Source: Candidatus Iainarchaeum sp. | GTDB taxonomy: Archaea; Iainarchaeota; Iainarchaeia; Iainarchaeales; GCA-2688035 | Length of the DNA: 64,000 nt | Direction: 5' to 3' | Assembly (NCBI GenBank): GCA_017610205.1 | Contig: JAFCCL010000003.1 | Location: forward strand, 1-64,000 | Shown: piece after piece, positions 58,383 through 64,000 of the stretch | How the letters are laid out: the number at the start of each line of letters is the position of its first letter | Numbering within the stretch: the first letter of the stretch is position 1 | Notes under the pieces: model-generated | Database searches by the model: none | Told to the model about the DNA's origin: nothing | What the model saw: only the letters and a program-made list of their open reading frames with translations | Made by a program: the position numbers and the translations under genes

Positions 58383-59846
58383 ATGGGTGGAAGCAAATTG
58401 TTTTTTTCGGTTTTGTTCCTTTTTCTTGTAATTCCTTTTTCGCATGGACTTGAATGTCAGTATACTGAAATTGCTTCAAGTGAAAGAAAGGTAATGTCTG
58501 TTTATGATATTAATACAAATCAGCTTATTGGCATTGAGGACGACATTGCTTTTGAAGGAGTTGATAATCCGCCAAATTCAACTTTTTTTAATATTATTAA
58601 TCCGTTTAATGTGGCTTTGACCGTTGGCTTGTCTTACAACTATGTTTATAGAGAGCCTTATACTGTACAGGAAACAGTTTTTGTTGAAGAAACAGTAGAG
58701 CTTCCTGCACTGGATTCTGTTACAATTTCTCAAAAACTGATTGGCTTTCCAACCGATTTTAGAATTTTGCCTGAAAGTATAATTTTTGAATTTTTGGACA
58801 ACAATTTTGTTTTTGTTGGTTTTGAATTTATTGAGAAAACAACAGAAGTTTGTGCGGATTGTGTTGGAGTTCCATGTCTTAATGACGGTGCGTCATGTTC
58901 AACCGGTTTTGAGTGTGGCGGTGGCTTTTGCATTGGAGGAATATGCAGCAACCAACTTGTTTGCTACAACAATGATTGTGAATGCAATCCTTTAACTGAA
59001 TTGCAATGTCCTGATAATACAAAATGTGTTTCAAGAGCAAGCCTTCCTGTTGGTGCAAAGCCTATTTGCTTAATTGAAGAATGTGAAACAGGTTTTGTTG
59101 GCTCAGACGGGTTTTGCTCAAAAAGAGACGGGGAAATTTGTTCAAGTGCTCAGGAATGCAGTGGGGGCTATTGTGTTAGTGGAAAATGCAATTCCTTTCC
59201 AATGTGCTATAATTATGATTGTGAATGCAATCCTTTAACTGAATTGCAATGTCCTGATAATACTCGCTGTGTTTTGAAGAGTTTTCTTGCAATTGGCGCA
59301 AGACCTGTTTGTAGTTCCGAGGAATGTACTACAAGTTATGTTGATGAGGAAACTGGTTTGTGTGCTGTGCCATTGCCACCTACTCTAAACAATGATGTTC
59401 CATTACCGCCTGCTAATGGTGCTGTTCCATTGCCTTCTGTTAATGGGAATATTCCAACAGATAGTGTTCGGGATTCCACTCTCACCTATGTTATTGTTGG
59501 ATTTGCACTTATTTTTGCTGTAATTGCAGCCTTTGCAATATTTGGTTTTTTGAAAGCTGAAGGTGAAAAGTCTGCAAGTGAATCCAAACTTTCAAGACTT
59601 AAATTTAAGCTTAAGTCAGATGAAGCACTTTTGAAATCACACGGGCTTTTGAAGGCAAGGAAAAAATACAGGCCAAAAAAAAGAAAGTCAAAGGCAAAAA
59701 CCAAGGCTGAAAGGGAAAAAATGCACGCTGAAATAACTGAGCAGACTGCGAGAGCAGTTAAAAAACAGGAGAGAGTTGTTGCAAAACAAGCTGCAATTCT
59801 ACGCGTAAGAAAAGCTATGTTGAAAAAGGAAAAAAGGCAGGATTAA
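58383..59846 (+). CDS. Cys-rich repeat surface protein, single-pass, basic tail
   Basis: signal peptide, duplicated 81-aa Cys-rich unit, Pro-rich stalk, TM, K/R-rich tail. Confidence 0.8.
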   Translation: MGGSKLFFSVLFLFLVIPFSHGLECQYTEIASSERKVMSVYDINTNQLIGIEDDIAFEGVDNPPNSTFFNIINPFNVALTVGLSYNYVYREPYTVQETVFVEETVELPALDSVTISQKLIGFPTDFRILPESIIFEFLDNNFVFVGFEFIEKTTEVCADCVGVPCLNDGASCSTGFECGGGFCIGGICSNQLVCYNNDCECNPLTELQCPDNTKCVSRASLPVGAKPICLIEECETGFVGSDGFCSKRDGEICSSAQECSGGYCVSGKCNSFPMCYNYDCECNPLTELQCPDNTRCVLKSFLAIGARPVCSSEECTTSYVDEETGLCAVPLPPTLNNDVPLPPANGAVPLPSVNGNIPTDSVRDSTLTYVIVGFALIFAVIAAFAIFGFLKAEGEKSASESKLSRLKFKLKSDEALLKSHGLLKARKKYRPKKRKSKAKTKAEREKMHAEITEQTARAVKKQERVVAKQAAILRVRKAMLKKEKRQD

Positions 59847-59868
59847 GCAGTTTTTGAAATTATCTTCT

Positions 59869-61653
59869 TTAGAATCCAAAATGCTGTCTTTCTTCTTTTG
59901 CTTTTTCATGCAGGTATTTTAGGTATTCGTCCTGCAGGTTTACAACAGTGCTTAGTTTTCCTGACTCCAAAAACTTCCCAATATTTTCCAGAAAAATGTT
60001 TCCGCCGATGATGTGTGGCATGCATACAAAGTCTACGCCATTTTCATAAAGTTTTAATGAATCGTTGTAATAGTGTGCTCTTGCAAAAACAGGGACTTTT
60101 TTGTTTTCTTTTTTTACAAAATCAAGTACTTTTAATGCTGCTTTGATATTTGGAATTGCCAGTATTACAAGCTTTGCTTCTTTTGGGTTCGTTTTTGAAA
60201 GAATATCTATTTCTTCTGCGTCTCCATAGCTTGCCTTTATGCCTTGCCTTATACAGCTGTAGACAACTTCTGAATCCTGGTCAAGTACCAATGTTGGGTA
60301 ATGTTTGTACACTGCTTTTGCAATGTTTATGCCCATTGTTCCTCCTCCCAAAATAAGAATATGTCCTTTTAATTTTGAGGGAATATTTTCAAGGCTTGAA
60401 AGTTTTGCGCCAAATCTTTTTCTTTTGAGTTTTTTTGGCAGGTGTATTGATGCTTTTTCAAACACTTTGTTCATTTTTGTATGCGATCTCATAAGATATG
60501 GTGCAAGAATCATTGAAATTGTTATTGCCAGAATTGTGACTGAAAAAAGTCCTTCTGACAGAATGCTTGCTGCAGAGTTTGTTGGATCAAAACCCATTTG
60601 TGCAACTATGAGGCTGAATTCGCTTACGTTTGCAAGAGCAAGTGCAACCATTAGGCTTACTCTGCTGCCATATCCTGAGAACAATGTAAAAAGATAGTAA
60701 AAAAGTGGCTTTATGATAAGGACCATTGCAATTATGAAAACTATTAGAGCAAGTGGTATTGCTGCAAAGGAAAATGTAAGCTGCATTCCAAGTGAAACAA
60801 AGAAAATTATTACAAAGAAGTCTCTCAAGCCCCTGATTTTGTTGAATATTTCTGTATTGTATGGAAGGGTTGAAAGAGCAATTCCTCCAACAAATGCGCC
60901 AATGGCTACTGGTAAGTCCATTAGAATTGCAAGTGCAATAAAAATAAAGCAGCTGCTTAAGGCTGCAAGGTAAAATTCTTCCTGGTAATCGAGGCTGAAT
61001 TTAAAAATGCGTGGCAGAAGATGTCTGTTTATTACTGCTGCTGCAGCAATCAAAATCATTATTTTTATTAGAACCATAGCAAGTACGCTTGGTGCGAGTA
61101 TGTTTCCAATATCCTGAAGCAGGGGTATTGCAAGTATCACCAGAAAATCCTGTACCAGGAGAAATCCAATCAATAGTCTTCCGTGCAAGGTGTTTATTTG
61201 GTAATTGTCTCCCAAGAGCTTTATTACCACCATTGTTGAGCTGAATGCAAGAATTACTCCAAGGAAAATCGACTGTTGAAATGAAATAATGCTTGGAAAA
61301 AGCATGCTGAAAAGAATTACAATAGCTATTGTTATTGCAACCTGAATTGTTGAGCCTATTACAACAAGCTTTCCTATGTTGAAAAATTTCCGGATATCAA
61401 GCTCTACTCCTATGCTGAACAGCAGGAAAGCTATTCCAAGTTCTGACAAAATCCTAATGTCCTGCATGTTTGAAATTCCAATTGGAAGGCCCTGGAAACT
61501 GTAGCCAAGTGCCCCAATTCCTATTGGCCCTATTACTATTCCTGCAATGATATATGCAAGCAAGCTTGGTTGTTTCAAAAGTCTTGCAATGTATCCAAAT
61601 CCAGTTGCAGCAACAACAATCAGTCCAAGGTCTATTAATAGAGTGAATTCCAT
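59869..61653 (-). CDS. CPA2 cation:proton antiporter with TrkA-N domain (KefC-like)
   Basis: ~12 TM, FSSTMVV, QD, SEFS, ILGGGTMG, YGDA. Confidence 0.92.
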   Translation of the reverse strand: MEFTLLIDLGLIVVAATGFGYIARLLKQPSLLAYIIAGIVIGPIGIGALGYSFQGLPIGISNMQDIRILSELGIAFLLFSIGVELDIRKFFNIGKLVVIGSTIQVAITIAIVILFSMLFPSIISFQQSIFLGVILAFSSTMVVIKLLGDNYQINTLHGRLLIGFLLVQDFLVILAIPLLQDIGNILAPSVLAMVLIKIMILIAAAAVINRHLLPRIFKFSLDYQEEFYLAALSSCFIFIALAILMDLPVAIGAFVGGIALSTLPYNTEIFNKIRGLRDFFVIIFFVSLGMQLTFSFAAIPLALIVFIIAMVLIIKPLFYYLFTLFSGYGSRVSLMVALALANVSEFSLIVAQMGFDPTNSAASILSEGLFSVTILAITISMILAPYLMRSHTKMNKVFEKASIHLPKKLKRKRFGAKLSSLENIPSKLKGHILILGGGTMGINIAKAVYKHYPTLVLDQDSEVVYSCIRQGIKASYGDAEEIDILSKTNPKEAKLVILAIPNIKAALKVLDFVKKENKKVPVFARAHYYNDSLKLYENGVDFVCMPHIIGGNIFLENIGKFLESGKLSTVVNLQDEYLKYLHEKAKEERQHFGF

Positions 61654-61687
61654 TGCTTATCAGTTAATAGAAACAGATTTGCTTTAT

Positions 61688-62005
61688 TTAAATCTTTCCA
61701 GACTGTTTTTTCTCTTTAGCCATTCTAATTTCAGCTTCTTCTTTTATCAACTTTTTATAAAATCTTCTCAATCTAAAAGCAGCATCAGAGTCTGGGTCAT
61801 CTCCAAGTTGGAAACTATTCCATTTTTGTTTTTTCATGACTTTTTTCATTGTTTTCGTTAGTAACTCATCTGTAAAAATTTGATTCTTTAACATGTTACG
61901 CATTTTGGCAGTTTTTTGTATTTTTGGGTTTCTTCTGAGTATTTTTAAATTTTGTTTTCTTTGCGATACTGATTTTGGACCAGGCTTTATACTTTTTTTC
62001 TTCAT
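61688..62005 (-). CDS. basic hypothetical protein
   Basis: ATGA overlap with cysS stop. Confidence 0.5.
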   Translation of the reverse strand: MKKKSIKPGPKSVSQRKQNLKILRRNPKIQKTAKMRNMLKNQIFTDELLTKTMKKVMKKQKWNSFQLGDDPDSDAAFRLRRFYKKLIKEEAEIRMAKEKKQSGKI

Positions 62006-63393
62006 TTTACAACTTTCCACTTTGTGCCCTTTTCAGTATCGTCTAAAAGAATTCCTTTTTCCGCAAGCTTTTCCCGTATCTTGTCTGATTCAGCCCACTT
62101 TTTTTCAGCCCTCAACTTTTCTCTTTGTTTTATTAATTCAAGTTCTGTTTTTCCAATTTCCTGCTTTTGCTCAAAGTCCATTACTGCAAAAACACTATTG
62201 AGCTTTTTTAAAAATCCCAATGCAAGTTTTGAATCTTTTTTGCCAATTTTTTTTGTATCAAGAAGCGAATTGCATTTCCTTACAAATTCAAACAATGCGG
62301 CAAAAGCCAGTGCTGTGTTTAGGTCGTCGTCCATTGCTTTTTCAAACTTTTTTCCGGCTTTTTCAATTACCTTTTTTACATTTCCCAAATCCCTTCCGTC
62401 TGCTGTTTCAAGTTTTGAAATAAGTTCGTTCAGCCTGTCAATTGAGTTCTGTGCCGCTCTCAGTCCTTCAAAAGTAAAATTAAGTGGTTGCCTGTAGTGT
62501 CCTGAAATCATCAGGTATCTTACAGCAATTGGGTTGTTGTCTTTTAAGTCTTGCAGGGTGTAAAAGTTTCCAAGGCTTTTGCTCATCTTTTCCCCATTCA
62601 CCTGCAAAAATGCGTTGTGTATCCAGTATTTTGCAAAAGGCTTTCCTGTTGCTCCCTCTGACTGTGCTATTTCGTTTTCGTGGTGTGGAAAAATCAGGTC
62701 TTGTCCTCCTGAGTGGATGTCAAAACTTTTGCCCAAATGCTTCATGCTCATTGCACTGCATTCAATATGCCATCCTGGTCTTCCTTTTCCAAGTTCTGTT
62801 TCCCAGAAAACAGAACCGTCGTTTTTGTCCCAGGCTTTCCATAATGCAAAATCCTGCGCTTCGCCTTTTTCATATTCATCCTGTTTTACTCTTGCCCCTG
62901 CTTTTAATTTCCTAAAATCAATGTGTGCAAGTTTGCCATAGTCTTTGAATTTTTTTATATTGTAGTAAACGCTTCCGTCTTCTCCTTTGTAAGCGTAGCC
63001 TTTTTTCAAAAGCTTTGCAATTAATTCAACCATTTCTTTTATGTGCTCTGTTGCTTTTGGGTAAATATCTGCCGGTAACACTCTTGAGGCTTTCATATCT
63101 TCAAAGAAGGAATTGGTGTATTTTTCAGTGAATTCTTTTAAGGAAATTCCTTCCTTTTGCGAGTCCCTAATGGTTTTGTCGTCGACATCAGTAATGTTTC
63201 TTACGTGTTTTACTTTAAATCCCTTGTAAAGCAAATAGCGCTTTAAAATGTCTTCTGATAAAAAGCTTTTCAAATTGCCTATGTGAATAACGTTGTAAAC
63301 AGTTGGCCCACAGGTGTACAATCCAACATTCTTTCCTTTTAACGGCTTGAATTCCTCTTTCTTTCTGCTTATTGTGTTGTACAGTTTAAGCAT
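62002..63393 (-). CDS. cysS: cysteinyl-tRNA synthetase
   Basis: CGPTVY, HIGN, GRPGWHIECSAM, FPHHENE, KMSKS. Confidence 0.97.
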   Translation of the reverse strand: MLKLYNTISRKKEEFKPLKGKNVGLYTCGPTVYNVIHIGNLKSFLSEDILKRYLLYKGFKVKHVRNITDVDDKTIRDSQKEGISLKEFTEKYTNSFFEDMKASRVLPADIYPKATEHIKEMVELIAKLLKKGYAYKGEDGSVYYNIKKFKDYGKLAHIDFRKLKAGARVKQDEYEKGEAQDFALWKAWDKNDGSVFWETELGKGRPGWHIECSAMSMKHLGKSFDIHSGGQDLIFPHHENEIAQSEGATGKPFAKYWIHNAFLQVNGEKMSKSLGNFYTLQDLKDNNPIAVRYLMISGHYRQPLNFTFEGLRAAQNSIDRLNELISKLETADGRDLGNVKKVIEKAGKKFEKAMDDDLNTALAFAALFEFVRKCNSLLDTKKIGKKDSKLALGFLKKLNSVFAVMDFEQKQEIGKTELELIKQREKLRAEKKWAESDKIREKLAEKGILLDDTEKGTKWKVVK

Positions 63394-63462
63394 TTTAAAT
63401 CAATAAATTAATGAATTAAAGAATATTAAAATGCTTGGGTTAGTGGCAAATGCCTATTCTGT

Positions 63463-64000
63463 TTAAATCCTGAACTGTGCCTTCCAGTACTTGCATACTT
63501 CCAGTGTTTTCTTTTCTGCAATTCCTGTGTATTTTTCAGGGTTTTGAAGGATTTCTTTTTGCTGTTTTCCAAGCTTTTCAATGAAAGGCGTTATTTCTTC
63601 ATCTGCAAGTACAAGGTCCATTAGCTTGTTTCCGCTTTTTTCTGCTTCAAGCGTTTTTTTCCTTACATACTCGTGTGCGTCAGGGTATCCTTTTGCTGCA
63701 AGTAGCAGGTAAAGTGGTTCTGCTACAATGCCTTCTTTGCAGGAATCAAAATTCCTTTTCATGCTTTCTTTGTCAACAACCAGATTTGAGCAAACCTTGT
63801 TTAGCCTTTTAGCGCTTGCCACAACTCCTGCAAAAAGTTCCGGTACAAACCTTTGCGAAGCACTGTTGGTAAGGTCCCGTTGGTGTTCGCTTATTGCATC
63901 CATATTAAAGGTTATTGCGCGTGGCATGAATTCTTTCCAAAGGCTTTTCACGTTTTCAAAATTTATAGGGTTTCTTTTGTGCGGCATGGTTGAACTTCCA
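63463..64000 (-). CDS. purB: adenylosuccinate lyase, C-terminal part (runs off window)
   Basis: GSSTMPHKRNP signature, HQRDLTNS. Confidence 0.92.
   Translation of the reverse strand, partial: GSSTMPHKRNPINFENVKSLWKEFMPRAITFNMDAISEHQRDLTNSASQRFVPELFAGVVASAKRLNKVCSNLVVDKESMKRNFDSCKEGIVAEPLYLLLAAKGYPDAHEYVRKKTLEAEKSGNKLMDLVLADEEITPFIEKLGKQQKEILQNPEKYTGIAEKKTLEVCKYWKAQFRI

Noticed and set aside
1-64000. tRNA/rRNA genes
   Set aside because: No cloverleaf (GGTTCGAATCC-type T-loop in tRNA context) or rRNA-like GC-rich tract was seen by eye; tRNAscan-SE was not run.

Overview
AT-rich archaeal chromosome segment: TFB, archaeal histone, rps8e, Hef, EndA, archaeal TrpRS and form III RuBisCO, with bacterial-type MetK, NadD and CimA. 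This mix is consistent with a DPANN archaeon, probably Diapherotrites/Iainarchaeota (inference). Housekeeping blocks (metK, trxB, trpS, nadE/C/D, purL/Q/M/B, cysS) alternate with accessory DNA. The accessory DNA comprises five toxin-antitoxin-like pairs, two decayed IS elements, a receiver/Cache-kinase/hemerythrin/KaiC signalling cluster and large surface proteins. Two features stand out. (1) A complete 5,156-bp cargo transposon (27524-32679) has perfect 17-bp terminal inverted repeats, a 9-bp target duplication, arrayed subterminal 12-mers, a SWIM-zinc-finger DDE transposase and a methyltransferase plus DUF262-HNH cargo. (2) A cassette-like array (41.1-43.6 kb) has three unrelated gene modules separated by copies of an unannotated ~55-bp double-hairpin repeat. 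An unlisted 58-aa non-canonical histone gene and several short or broken genes missing from the ORF track were also found. All protein calls rest on motif recognition by eye; no searches were run.
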